A DNA stretch of 64,000 nucleotides, taken from the NCBI RefSeq assembly GCF_037042905.1, contig NC_087250.1, forward strand, positions 12,464,001 through 12,528,000, in the 5' to 3' direction. The notes beneath the pieces were generated by a model. The model had not been told where the DNA came from, did not search any database, and worked only from the letters and a program-made list of their open reading frames with translations. The position numbers and the translations under genes were made by a program. How positions within the stretch are numbered: position 1 is the first letter of the stretch; every line of letters begins with the position of its first letter. Below are positions 50,601-63,835 of this stretch, one piece after another. The DNA is from Lytechinus pictus (Eukaryota).

Positions 50601-50873
50601 GGGCCCGTCTTACAAAGAGTTACGATTGATCGGATCAATCGCAACTACGGAAAGCCAGCAAAGTCAACATGTAAAAATGCATATTTGTTCAAAAAAAAAT
50701 TCTAGATATGAATGTATATCCGTAAATTCATTGATTTTTTGACAAATTGATGTGTTCTCATTCGTTTACAAAGAACGTTTTGCAAATTTCCTGTAGAAAA
50801 AATCACGACACTGATGGATTTCCATAGAGTTACGATTGATTGGATCAATCGTAACTCATTGTAAGACGGGGCC
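50601..50873. mobile_element. MITE family E, CTG TSD
   Basis: GGGCCCGTCTTACAAAGAGTTACGATTGATC with matching inverted right end; CTG on both sides. Confidence 0.85.
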
Positions 50874-52211
50874 CTGGTCCATGTTTCGGGATTCGTGTGA
50901 GAGAATGACTAAGGCTTAATTAGCATTACTGTAAAGCCGGTGACTCATCCCTGAGATGTAACATGATGACGTCAGCACTCACGTGATGTCTGGCGATTTT
51001 TTTATTTTGTCGGCCTTCCATCCTTGATGCAAAGCGTGCCAAGGCATGATGATGGAGAACGGAGAACGCATTACAATGGATGAGGGAAATGACCTTGCTT
51101 TTGGATACGAGATGAATTTCCTGTATTTTACTTCATCAAAGCATTGCCTCTGTATTCTGTCTTCTCCATGATTCCGCCCCTCCCCGATTCCCCCAAATCT
51201 CCCCCCTTGACCTCTCCCCTCTCTTCCCCCCCCCCCTTCCCCTCTTTCTCTTTCTTTTTCTTTTCTCTTTCCCCCTATCCCACACCTCCCCTCTCTCTAT
51301 GTATATATTTCTCTCTGTACCTGTAAGTTCCTTCGCATTTTCTATTCTTCCCCTCTAGAGCAACTCTCTTGATCAGCCACTCTCCTTATAAATGAATGAG
51401 ACAAGACAAAAGTGATGATTTAACGAAAACGTACATAATTTTGTCTCAATTCCTGTTTAATGAAAACCAACGGTCCTTGAGTGGTTAGGCATCAATAACC
51501 CATAATTTCGAATATTTTTTGTCAGAAGTTGTATTTTTCGAGGTTTCATTCCAAAACGAGGTTAATACATTGAGCAGTAAAATTTGCCCAAAGATTTGAA
51601 TAATAGATCTTTGCAATTTAGTTGCATTAACTCTTTGCACACTTAATTAATTTTGGGGGGATAATAATGACAATTGTTTCCATGTTATATCATTCAGTTC
51701 AAGATATCCATATTGCACCATTGATAATTGTATCATTATATAGATTTCATCCAAGAACTGTTGCTTTTTATTTGCTGATCTAATTTGAAGGTAGGGGAGA
51801 AAACTAATTATTAAGAAATTTATTCTACAAATTATAGAATAATCTTTTTTTTTGCGAACAACTCCATTTAGCTCTCTCCGCTGGCTCCCGTTCTAAACTA
51901 AAAACAAAACTGTCGACATGAGCATTTTCTTTAAGACTATATATTTCTTATATTCTTATCTTCCACTTTATCAACAGTCGAGATGTGAGAAAAATGGGGC
52001 TCGCTAGTAAGGAAAAAAAACAAGAGCATGCAATCTTTCTTCTTAGTTGCATCGCCTTCCTTCTGTACAGATAGAAAGAGAAGGAAATCTTCTGGATGCC
52101 AAGTATGAATGATTGGTACAGTTGGTAACTCTTTTATTGAAATATGTTACATACATACAATACATTGTGACACGACATTTGCTCCTGCGACAAATGCTTA
52201 ATTTCGTCTAA

Positions 52212-52630
52212 AGGCGACCGCACGCCTTACGATTGGTCTGCGACTCAATTTTGGAATAAAACGTAGTAGAATTTGATGCTAATATTGAGACTTGGAATAT
52301 CTTATTGTGTAATGTTTGAAATCATCGTACGAATACCTATGTTCAAATCTGTGACCACGCTATCATCCTGAGAATAAAGCAATTTTAATATCTAGTCGTA
52401 GTGACGTCATAGCAGTCATACGATTGGCTACGATTTGAAACTAATTTGGCCTTTACTCCAAAATAAAGGCTTGCAATCTTTCAAAATGGTTGTATAAGTA
52501 TTCTTTCAATAAATTTTAACCTCAAATTAAAATGATACGTTCCATTCACCGTTCACATTTCCAGAAAATGAGCAAAATGCGATTTGTTCCAAAATCGGAT
52601 CGCGAACAGTCGTAAGGTGTGCGGTGGCCT
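52212..52630 (+). mobile_element. MITE family D, TAA TSD (PIF/Harbinger-like)
   Basis: AGGCGACCGCACGCCTTACGA...TCGTAAGGTGTGCGGTGGCCT flanked by TAA on both sides. Confidence 0.85.
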
Positions 52631-54034
52631 TAAGGCATTTCAGCAATCACTTCACAGACCCTTTGTAGAACACAGATAATCTATTGTCAAATGCCCTTCA
52701 TAACAAAGCAGCCCTTGTCGAAAATGGAAGAATCAAAAGAGCAGTGTCGTCCTGGACTCTGGACAAACAATTAACTTGCAATTTTTTGGCCGGTGCGAAT
52801 CTTAAGACGATGTGCTGTCCGGTCTAACAACTTTCGACAATGGCCTCTAATCTGTCCACTGTGATGTGACGTGGCATTTTCAATAGATTCTGAACGTTCG
52901 AGAGAGCGCCTGCGAAGTTGATGCTAAAGTACGAAAGTAAAGGATCCAACGGAATCTCTTAATCATCTTGTGTCTATTGGAAGTTCACCCTGACAAAAAG
53001 GAGCTAAATCCATATTTGCCATTATTCTGTAACGCATTATTTTTTTATATTCACCACCTCTCCTTATCTACTGTTCGTTTTATTCTGATATTTATATATG
53101 ACATTCTTTTCACCGTGGATTAATTAAATCATTTTTTATCTGGCATTCAAGATAATTTCTGTCTTATTCTAAAACTTTCAATTTGTATGGATTTTAATTG
53201 CTGTCGTCCGCATAGCCTTCCCTTCGTGAAGTAAGTTGTACGACTTCATTTTAGTCCCCTAGTTTCTGCAGAAATGGCCTATATGAAGGAAGTGCCTTTA
53301 AGATGAGAAAGGTCAATTTAATAGTTTTGAGATAATTAAGTTGCCGTATCCACGTGCAAACCATATCACGTGAATGGAAGGACACATGCAAAAACCGCAG
53401 CAATGGTATAGGGGCCTCACCCATTAACTTTTTTTTATTTTTCAGTCAGCCCCCTTTCACTTCTTGCTGTTATTGTAACGATTTTGAATGGATTTGATGT
53501 TATACAAATAGCGAATAGGCATGAGTGCGATATTTCGCATGAGGCGAAAGAAAGATGCTATATTCAACGAGGCGTTAGAATTGTGGCTAAAAACCCCATT
53601 TTGCATTGGATTTTTATATAAATGTGACAAAAATAATAGTAATTAAACAAATGTTATTGACACTAAGTGGGAGTAACGATTTTCAAAAAAGGTGGTCTTG
53701 AAAGACTGGCCAATAGTCAATCGCGGGGTTAAACGTATTTATGGTATGTTTTTCCTAAAAAGATTTTAAGACTATCCAAACAAGTTTAGAGTATGTTTTT
53801 TACGGATTTCCTTTTCATACATTATACAAGATAAAATTACGAAGCACGATGCTTTTTAAGTTAAGGTTCACATTTTGTTATTAGTATTTTCTGTAATAGT
53901 AACTTTATTTTATTCTGTATGCAGACGATACTAATCGCATTTTTAGAAGCAGTTTGCTGTAGAACACGAAGAAAATATATAATGGAATTCAAACACACGG
54001 CCATCTGACTAAAAGGCTAGAGTCATAACGGCCA

Positions 54035-54490
54035 AATAGACCAGTTCGTATTTCCATCAGGGACAATTTTGGTCAAATGACCTTTCATTTATTTCATTAT
54101 AATAGGCAGATTTCAAAGCAGGATATAACATATGCATGCCTTACATAGCAGGATGAAGAAATTGAATTATACCAGGTGACTATAGAATAGCATACCATTG
54201 AAGACTCCATGAAGGTATTTGTTGCATTTCTACTTTGAATGCATATATAGCATGTTGTACAATGTACTTGGCAAACTGCAGTGAAATACCAGTCGTGGAC
54301 GCATGTTTGTTCTTTGTGGATGCAAATGAAAAACACAATTGAAAAGAATATATGAATAATCAAGACACCAAAGTTGGTGCTTATCTCATTAAATTTTAAA
54401 CCACCATGCCACTTTAGTACAAATGACCTTTCTCTGATCATACGCAGAATCTTCTGATCATGCGCAGAATGGAACTACGAACTGGCTTAT
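54035..54490 (+). mobile_element. MITE family B copy
   Basis: Alignable end to end with 28789-29244. Confidence 0.85.
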
Positions 54491-56439
54491 ATGGCGCTTT
54501 TTCTTCTCCGAATCCTCGAAGTTGTCCAGCTCACCGAATGCCGTAGATGGCGATTTGACCAAATCGTTTCCAGGATTGAGTTGATTGAAATCACAATCCT
54601 GCAGATTTATGATTGCGACATGGCCGAAAATGCAAAAAAAAGAAAGAAAGAATAGAAAAAAAAGTTGCACGAATGACTGACCACTAACCCAGCTCAGTAC
54701 TTTATCTTGACAACCTAACAATAATTACTATGTTTGTCGCGTACAGGATGAAGTTTTTGTATTTTCTCAATTTGTTGTAATACTGTTTTTGTTTCATCTT
54801 GTAAATCGATTTTTTTTTTTAGATTTGAAATTACCGATTGAGGGCGTATTGCTATTTTGTCTGGTCATGCATTGGGAAGCGTGTCGCTTGTCCATAATTG
54901 TTGTTAAATTTCTTTAATTTGGTGATACGAGCCCAATGACGTGAGTATTATTTGTTTATCTTAAAGTTTATTAGTTACGTTATCAGATAAGCCGAGTGGC
55001 ATGCTGAAATATGGTTCCTAAGAAACGAAATTAATATGTGTCAAAGTTATGTAGGCCGAGTGAATTTTTTTCAAATGAAAACGCCGTATACGTGTACAAG
55101 CATGCATTATACGTAATGGAAAACGTACAGTTGTACGTGGCGTAGTTGTGTATGAAAGGCAAGAAACTTGAATTTGGCGCCTTCGGGCATGTGATGATTC
55201 CACTGTCATAAACCATGTAAACATAAAGAAGTAATGGGCAATTCAAAGCAAAAGTGGACATTTTCCAAAAATTTATATTGGCTCTATTTCAAATCTGGAT
55301 CAAAATTTTCTATCAAAACTCATATGGAATTTCATAAATACAAAAAGGGAACATAATTAGCCACAATTTTTTTTCTTCCGCATCTCCTTATAGGAGAATC
55401 CAAACCATACAAGAAATTCTATACATGGGAATACATATATTGTTTTTTATTTAATTTCAATTTAACAGAAAACTATTATTGCTTGTTTTGTAAAATTTTC
55501 TTTTGGGTAATCTGAAGGTCATCATTTTACATCATATCAAACAAAAAATTTAAAATATAAGTTCATTTTACGTTGCCCGTGAGTGGATATTTGTGATGTC
55601 ACTCCGTAACCAGGTATGGGTTTACGTTTTAAGTCGTAATTAATGAAATAATACACCAATTTTTGTTATGTAATGCAGCATATTAAAGCTAGAATAACAT
55701 AGAATCCAATCAATAAATCAAAATTATGAAAGCAATTCAAAATTCATAGAGTTTGAGCAATATGTTTTCTCCTCGATTATGCATGTCCGTTTTGCGTGAC
55801 TCCGTAACCATGTTTATGAATATTCATATCTCATTAATTCAGTAGATCAAAATAACAAATTTTATTATTTTGAAAAGTGGGTTTTAGCAACTACTGTCAG
55901 GTACCATTTCTTCGCAAATAACTATTTAAATATGGCTGATATCTTTGTTTGAATGCAAAAAAGGTGTTTCTGAATGTCACTCCGTAAACGTGGAACTGCC
56001 CTTATTAGAAACGCACTTTAAGTTGTAGTTGAAGGTGAAGGTTGTTTGACAAAAAGGTGGAATTTATGGCAAATAATCAATACATGACATTTACAGTATG
56101 CTAATACTTGATATGACCTTGAAGCATATGTCATGGTCATACTTGGTTGTTGAATATTTTAAATTGTAATGCAAGTCAACATTATTTGCCTGTTTTGGAA
56201 ATCTGTAGACATTATTCATATATTATGACATCTTGTCAATTCAGTTTATACAATTATTGTTTATTATGTATTAAATTGCAGGTTGAACCAGTCGCATTGT
56301 GCACACATCAACAACCAACTGGACTCGGTCTGATTCTGGGGTTTTGTTTAGTTTTCGACGTATCACACGCCACAATGTTGTTAAACATAAACCCCCTCTG
56401 TTAAAATAACGTCGAAATTAATTCGCACAGACTTCAATA

Positions 56440-56661
56440 CACTCTAAAAAAAAGTTTACCCAATATTGGGTAAAATGGGAACATGCAAATTTGTTGCGTA
56501 AAAAGATACCAAATATTTTGCAAATTTTGCGCAATGTTGCGTTGAAATTTACCCTTCAAACATGCATTTTGCCCGATATTGGGGGAAAGGTTACCCAGCA
56601 AACATGCATGTTCCCTTTATACCCAATATTGGGTAAAATTTTACTCTCTGTTTTTAGTGTG
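56440..56661. mobile_element. MITE family C copy
   Basis: Same TIR and internal sequence, flanked by TA. Confidence 0.82.
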
Positions 56662-57039
56662 TAATTGTAAGCTAGGCTGTATGTTTCCATTTATTACATA
56701 AGTGTTAAATGGTAGAAAATGCCTTACTGCTGAAAGCCGAGCAATAAAAACACAACCTTCTAGCCAGCTAGGTGTCGAGTTTTTTGCTCAAGGAATTCTG
56801 ATACACTCTTCAATATGTGCTTACCTGTCTATGCGATCTTTATTATCATTGCCTTCCTTCTTAAATAGACCTATCGTGATTTAGGGTAGGCTTGTATAAA
56901 TGCACCAGCTAAGATATTGGTCTACGGTGATATATAGTTATACATCGTATTTAATAAAGGATTTCCTCATGAAATTATTGTTCCTGCGACCTCATCAGTT
57001 TAACATATAACCCCCGGCCTTCTCTCTTCCCCTCTAACC

Positions 57040-57179
57040 TAGCCTCTTGTCGAGGCCCTGCCGGCTGCTTCCCTAGCGAAGCGAGGGATATAGCGCTCGC
57101 CAGGCCTAATTCGCTACGCGAATTAAGATATCCCTCGCTTCGCTCGGGAAGCAGCCGCCAGGGACTCGACAGGAGGCTA
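57040..57179. mobile_element. 140-bp palindromic MITE with 9-bp TSD (AcademH-type hallmarks)
   Basis: TAGCCTC...GAGGCTA termini with ~52-bp inverted arms; exact direct repeat CCTCTAACC at 57031-57039 and 57180-57188. Confidence 0.88.
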
Positions 57180-58024
57180 CCTCTAACCATGCTAAATGAC
57201 ATTGCCCGTTTTTTTTTTTGTTTTTTTTTGTCTCGCAAAGATTATGGATTCCTTGCATTTTGTAGGGCAATTTTGTAAAATTATCAACTCTTTTATACAT
57301 CCGACCCCCATTTTTCTCAAGTTTTACTTCACTTCATAAACTGACCAAATCATGATTATTTGAGAACATTGCAGACTGTCAAAAGAACCAAAAATCAGAG
57401 ACAGAAAATTTATTAAAGGTCTCACATACATGGGGTCGGACGTACATATTTTACGGAATTGCCAGGTATTTTAAATTTGTTTCTAAAATCCATATAAAAT
57501 ATCTTCATCGGCAATGACCACATTCAATATCACTTTACAAATACACACACCACACCTCCGCCACATGCTTACACACACACAAGCACATCATCACACACAC
57601 ACGCACCCGCACACACTCTGCACATTGAAATACACACACCCACCCACGCGCGCAAATCCCATACACACACTCTCACACTGTACACTCGAGCATAGGCCCG
57701 ACACAATACCCAACATAACACTACACACAACACACCATGCAGTCTCATCAACCATTTCAAATAGAAATATCATCTGACATGCCGATGACAATGGTTCAAT
57801 ATAGTCATAGTCTCAACCCTGAAATGTCACGCGCTTTCGCTCACGCTCGCTCATCTTTATAGCTTTCTCTGTTTTCTTGAACGTGGACAATAAAAATGAT
57901 AATAAAAACAATTTACGGCTTTGGGGTCATCAGCAATGATGTGCGTACCAGTTCCTAAGAACTAAACATAGCTGTGAACAACATCTGAGGCTCTTTTACC
58001 TACCGTACACAACTTTTTCCTACA

Positions 58025-58088
58025 ATGGCTGGTCAGAAAGTTAGAGAAATTTTCGTCTTGGTCCTGATCATCATTTATTTAAAAAAGG
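58025..58088 (+). CDS. C-type lectin gene exon 1 (signal peptide)
   Basis: ACAATGG start; MAGQKVREIFVLVLIIIYLKK(G) has a basic N-terminus and hydrophobic core; G|GTAAGT phase-1 donor matches the next exon. Confidence 0.7.
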
Positions 58089-58616
58089 GTAAGTTATGAG
58101 TTTCAACATTTTATGTAGGCCTATGTTCCCTGGCTAGATTCCAATATTTGACGCTAGTATCTGGCATTTTATATATCTTATTCTAATTTGACGGTAAACC
58201 TTGAATAATGAGAAGAGGATTATGATAATAAAATAAGTAATATAAGAAATTGATACATTGGTTTATAAAAAAACTGAGTTTGTCAATAACTTATCACTAA
58301 CATGAAATGATGCTGAAGCCAAAAAGTTTAATTGAAAAGGTTTATAGGGTTATTTTAGTTATATTACGATATTTGATGAGTTTGAACAAACAATATCTGA
58401 GGATTGCATTTGCTGAGTTTTATTCGCATTTTGTTTAATGTCAATCCTTGGATGAACGTATTCCAAAAGTATCAATGAAAAAAGTGGTGATTTTGAACAA
58501 AAAGTGTATGCCTACATGTTATAACAAACACATGATTATAAAAGATAGCTCCTTTTGATATATTTTATTTGGATTCTAAATACCCTCAATTGCCAAACTT
58601 GAAGGTATTGGATATT

Positions 58617-58795
58617 GGGGGCGTCGTGGTTTAGTGGTCACGACTCTCCGTCTTTCAATCAGAGGGACGTGGGCTCGAATCCCAGCCATGGCGTGTTTTT
58701 CCTTCAGCAAGAAATTTACCCACATTGTGCTGCATTCGACCCAGGTGATGGGAATGGGTACCTGGAAGGATCTATTCCTTGAATGCCTTAGCGAC
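58617..58795 (+). mobile_element. tRNA-derived SINE, 3'-truncated copy of the same family
   Basis: Shares AGCCATGGCGTGTTTTTCCTTCAGCAAGAAATTTA with the 33376 copy; a further fragment lies near 60290-60360. Confidence 0.85.
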
Positions 58796-59598
58796 TGTAT
58801 ACATGTCCCTGAGAAGCTTTTCTTTTTCGTTTCAATATAAAAGTGTAAAAATGGGACATTTCATATGACAAGTGAGGGTAAATTTCTTACATGCATATCT
58901 TCATGAAAAGTTCAGATTGAAAACACTTTCATGAGTTTAGTATAGGCAAGGATCTCAAGACTATAACTAAATCGTGAACTTATATATTTTTTATTTTATT
59001 GTCAAATGATGAATACTATGCGAAAATGGCAGGGGTGGGTATCATCCTTAGTAGTCCATTGAACTTTCAAAATTTCAAGTCTCAAGTTTCAATATATTTT
59101 CCATTTTCAAAGGATAAACACAACAACATACATATAGGGCCCACATGATTATACAAAGCATGATAACTGTCATAAGAAATACTTCAGTTATAAGTAATAT
59201 CGTAATATGATGAGTAAGTGAATAAATCGTTGTTTCAATATACACTTTGATAATAAGACAAATTACCGATTATAATTAATATACAAACATGAAAACAAGG
59301 GACCTATTAAAAAGCATAACCTATTTGGTAAGTTCCTCTGGACATAACTTGTAATATTAACCATAATAATAATAATAATAGGCATTTATATAGCGCCATC
59401 TATCTAGAAATATTCTATTCCGAGGCGCACATAACGAATTAACCATAACGAATTAAAAGTATGTTAGGATCAACGTGATCATGATATGATTAAGAGAGCA
59501 AAGTGGGTGTTTGATAACAAAGAAAAAAAAATCGAAGTTGTCTCGGTAGGATTGTAAAAAAAATGCGGCAAATTGCTGGTCAAAATATTGAACACAAT

Positions 59599-59906
59599 GG
59601 CCCGTTATTCTGAAGTCGGGTTTAACTTAGACCATGGTCTAACCCTGTGCTAAATTTATGGGAAGCCAAATGTCTCGTTTTTTACACTCAATGGTTCTCA
59701 CGTTTACTGTCCTCTTTACTAATTCTTTGATGGTGAAGACAACTGTCATACTTATCCTTCCCAGGCAGTTAATAATGCTTTGGGAGTCAAATGAGCTGAT
59801 ACATTGGACCTCTAATGTTAGAGATTTATGTAACAATTGGCTTTCCATAGTTAGACCACAACTTATAACCAGAGTTTAAATCAAACCTTACTTCAGAATA
59901 CGGGCC
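59599..59906. mobile_element. MITE family A, intact copy
   Basis: Same TIRs and internal sequence as 18426-18711. Confidence 0.85.
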
Positions 59907-60385
59907 TATCCCGATACTAATGTACAATTCTGGTCACCGATAGGGCTAGGGTTAGGTTTGGGGTTAGGGTTCCTTTTTGTTAGGGTTGGTTCGGATTTCC
60001 TTTCTTGAAATCAATCATCCCCAAAATCACGAATAAGTCATGCACTTCAAGGGCGTAGGCGGGTTTGAGCATGGGGAGGTGCACATCCTGCGGAGGTGAA
60101 AATAAAGTGATATGGGGGGTGCACATCTTGGGGAGGTGGAACTAAAGTTTGGAAAATCCTCTGTTGAAAGCAGAAGAAGGGCTACAAATTTCGTTTTGCT
60201 TGCAAGTATGGAACTCCTCTGCCTCAGCGGGAGGGTGCGCGTACACCCCGATGCCTACGCCCTTTCACAGTATCATGTTTATTGAAGATTTGCACGAAAT
60301 CAATCCACATTGTTCTGCAGGTGTGGTAAATTGGTACCTGGCAGGAATTTATTCTTAGAAACACCAAACGCTTAACAGCACTCTG

Positions 60386-60611
60386 CACTCTTAAAAAAAA
60401 CAAGTTTCCCCAATATTGGGTAAAATGGGAACAAGATATTTCTTGGGTAAAAAGATACCAAATATTTTGTAAATTTTACGCAATGTTGCGGTGAAATTTA
60501 CCCTTCAAACATGCATTTTACCTAATATTGGGGGAAAAATTACCCAGCAAACATTCATGTTGCTTTTCTACCCAATATTGGGTAAATTTTTACTCTCTGT
60601 TTTTTAGTGTG
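60386..60611. mobile_element. MITE family C copy
   Basis: Closely similar to 56440-56661. Confidence 0.82.
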
Positions 60612-60922
60612 CTAAACACGCTATAGTCAGTATCATTCTAGATCGCTTAGAGGCTTGTTAAAAAGAGATGTTCAGCGCTATGTTGCTATTATCATGATAA
60701 TTCATTCGATTTTACAATTACGATTTTACGATTAGTGCATGTCGAGAAGATTAGGTATGTGCGTTTTAAGGCTATTTTGCGATTTTGCGTTACCTAACAA
60801 TTATTTATTAATATGACTTATGATCAGTTTTCGACAAACTTTTGGCTAGTAACTGAATGCAAGTTATTGTTATCATTTTTTTATCCCACCCCTTCACATT
60901 ATTACAATTGGATTCTCTGTAG

Positions 60923-61090
60923 GTTGGACATCCTCTCGACAGAGAAGACAAGATAGTTATAATGGTCAACCAGCCGCTCAGGAGAGGAAGGAAATGCCTC
61001 AGACGATCAAACATTATGTCGATGACAAACGGTCTTATGGAAGGCCTGGAAAGAAGTCTATCCCTGTTCAACGAAAACATTGTGAAACTG
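60923..61090 (+). CDS. C-type lectin gene exon 2 (basic pro-region)
   Basis: TTCTCTGTAG acceptor, G|GTAGGA donor. Phase 1-1 frame (G)WTSSRQRRQDSYNGQPAAQERKEMPQTIKHYVDDKRSYGRPGKKSIPVQRKHCET joins both neighbours in frame. Confidence 0.7.
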
Positions 61091-61589
61091 GTAGGAAGTT
61101 TACTGTTATTAGGACACAGGTTACTTTTAACATGCTTTGCAGAGGATGTCCCAGACCTAATGTGTTACGTTAAGAAAAATAGACATGAATGCTATTTTCA
61201 TTGGGGCCTACATTTTTGCTGGGGTAGTTCACGCACGGTCTTTTTGAAAAGGTTATATCGTTGTATGTTTACCCAAAATCTCGAGGCATCTCTTTGGATT
61301 GTGAAGATATAAATATTCTCATTTTATTTCACTACACCTACAGCGTGATTTTAAAGTACCAAGATTAGCTGTCTAGAGCAGGGGCCGCGGAACGATTTTC
61401 AAAGTGGGGGGGGGGGGGGTGCTGACCATGCAAAAAATCACAATCATACGGTCATTTTTACGTTTTGTACACGGTTTTGGAAAAAAGTGGGGGGCTGGAC
61501 CCCCCCCCCCCACTCGCTTTCGCGGCCCCTGTAGAGAGTGATAAAAGCACTAATTGAAATAGAATTTACGATAAAGAGCGGTTGGTAAA

Positions 61590-62192
61590 AGGACAAGTCC
61601 ACCCCAACAAAAAGTTGATTTGAAAAGAAGGAGAAAAATCCAACAAGCAAAACACTGAAAATTTCATCAAATTCGGATGTAAAATAAGAAAGTTATGACA
61701 TTTTAAAGTTTCGCTTAATTTAACAAAACAGTTATATGCACATCCTGGTCGGTATGCAAATTGGCAGACTGATGACGTCACCCACTCACAATTTTTTTTC
61801 TATTTTATTATATGAAATATGAAATATTCTAATTTTCTCCTCCTTGTCAAGTGAAACAAAGTTTCATTTCTCCCTGAACATGTAGAATTACCATTGTTTT
61901 AACAGTTTATGGTTAAGTCAAGTCGGTCCTTCTTGTCAAATCTGTAAAAATTGAAATATTGTATTATTGAACAATAAAAAACAAAAGAAATAGTGAGTGA
62001 TGGACATGATCGACTCTCTCATTTGCATATCACTGAGTTGTGCATTTAACTGTTTTGTTAAAAATAAGCGAAACTTAAAAATGTCATAACTTTCCTATTT
62101 TACATCCGATTTCGATGAAATTTGCAGCGTTAAGTTTGTTTGATTTTTCTCAATCGATTCAAATCAGCAATTTTCTGGGGTGGACTTGACCT
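61590..62192. mobile_element. MITE family F copy
   Basis: AGGACAAGTCCACCCC...GGGGTGGACTTGACCT-TTAA. Confidence 0.85.
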
Positions 62193-62673
62193 TTAATGGA
62201 AAGTTTGTGTGCCTAGTAACCGACCTAATACGTTGTAAAACATTCCCGGGGGTTCATTTGCATTTTATTAGGAGCAGGTTCAATTAAAGGTATGTTTTTT
62301 TTTTCCAGGAAAAGAAAAATTATTTGCCCATTTACCTGCACAATTGCCAAAGAAAGTCACGAATACGCTGCAACTTAATGGGCAATAATCTCCGTAAAAG
62401 CGTTCTAAAGCAAAAGGACTTGCGCGATCTCCAGGATACCACACGAACCTGGGGCCTGTAGCATGAAATAAAAACTCTCAGACTGGCATTTTTTTGGCCA
62501 GTTTTCACTGTGTTATTGTCAATGGCATAATTTTGTTCGCCAGAGTTGTTAATTAATTGCCAGAATTTTTTTATGGCAAAATGCATCAGACCCCCTGGTG
62601 ACTTCGTGCTCGTGTGCAGCCACGGAGCATGACCCTGAGAAGCGCGGGGTGCTGGGGATGCTTACGCGCCCCC

Positions 62674-63184
62674 AAGATTTTCCTGGCGGTGCAGCTGCAT
62701 GTATTATTCTCCATAGGCAGCACCCCTGGAATTATGGTAGGTGTGAAAAAATTGATAAATGTAACAAAAATTACCTTCTTTTTTAGTGAACCCCCTTGTC
62801 CTCCCCCCCCCCCCCCTATGCATTATCTGTATAAATCATTCAAGTGACATAAACTCCTTTTATTGAATTGTTTTGGATGTGGAATGGAAAGCAAACAGGC
62901 GAATCACATTTTGGTTTCTGCAAATGAGGCAAAGATTTTCCTGGCGGTGCAGCTGCATGTATTATTCTCCATAGGCAGCACCCCTGGAATTATGGCAGGT
63001 GTGAAAAAATTGATAAATGTAACAAAAATTACCTTCTTTTTTTAGTGAACCCCCTTGTCCCCCCCCCCCCATGCATTATCTGTATAAATCATTCAAGTGA
63101 CATAAGCTCCTATTATTGAATTGTTTTGGATGTGGAATGGAAAGCAAACAGGCGAATCACATTTTGGTTTCTGCAAATGAGGCA
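62674..63184 (+). repeat. Direct tandem duplication, 2 x ~255 bp
   Basis: 62674-62931 and 62932-63184 are nearly identical, differing mainly in poly-C length and a few substitutions. Confidence 0.92.
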
Positions 63185-63835
63185 CACAATGAATTTTGAT
63201 ATACACCTTTGATCAGCTTCAAGTAGAAAATGTAGCTACATCATTTTAGGGTCTAGTCACTTTCTAAACTTACTATTTGTACACTGTCAAAAATATTGGG
63301 TAAAATTTTAACCGGCACGAGGGTGATTATGTGTCCAACAACGAATTTTTGGCAGTATTTTACCCAATGCGGGAAGCAGATTGTCCAGTAAGGTAAAAAA
63401 AATAATTAGCAGCAATTACTTTAGAATGGGCAAAGTTTTCATCACTCTGGACAAATAAAAGTGCCCAAAAGAAATGCCCAATGTTGGTTGGACACATAAT
63501 TCATGGAGCATTTTTACTCAATATTTTTTAGAATGTACATGGTACATATGGGCCCATATGGCTCATATAAAAACCAAAAAGGGCCCTATACTTTGCTATC
63601 TCGGTATGTATCTATGTATGTTCCTGGATATTTTGGTAACATATTCGTCTGCATTCGTAGCAAACAAATAATACAAGATTAATGAAATTTCAGCATTAAT
63701 AAATTAAACTTATAAATATGGAGCTCCAACTTTGGAGAGTAGTGAGCAGTACTTCTTCCTGAAATTTTTTCCTACATGTATTACCAATTTTTTGTTGCCG
63801 ATGGTGCACGTTTGAATTTGTCTCTATCTATATAG

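Noticed and set aside
60962..61312. 116-aa ORF MVNQPLRR...
   Set aside because: Wrong frame; the phase 1-1 frame joins the signal-peptide and CTLD exons, and this ORF runs through the donor into intron.
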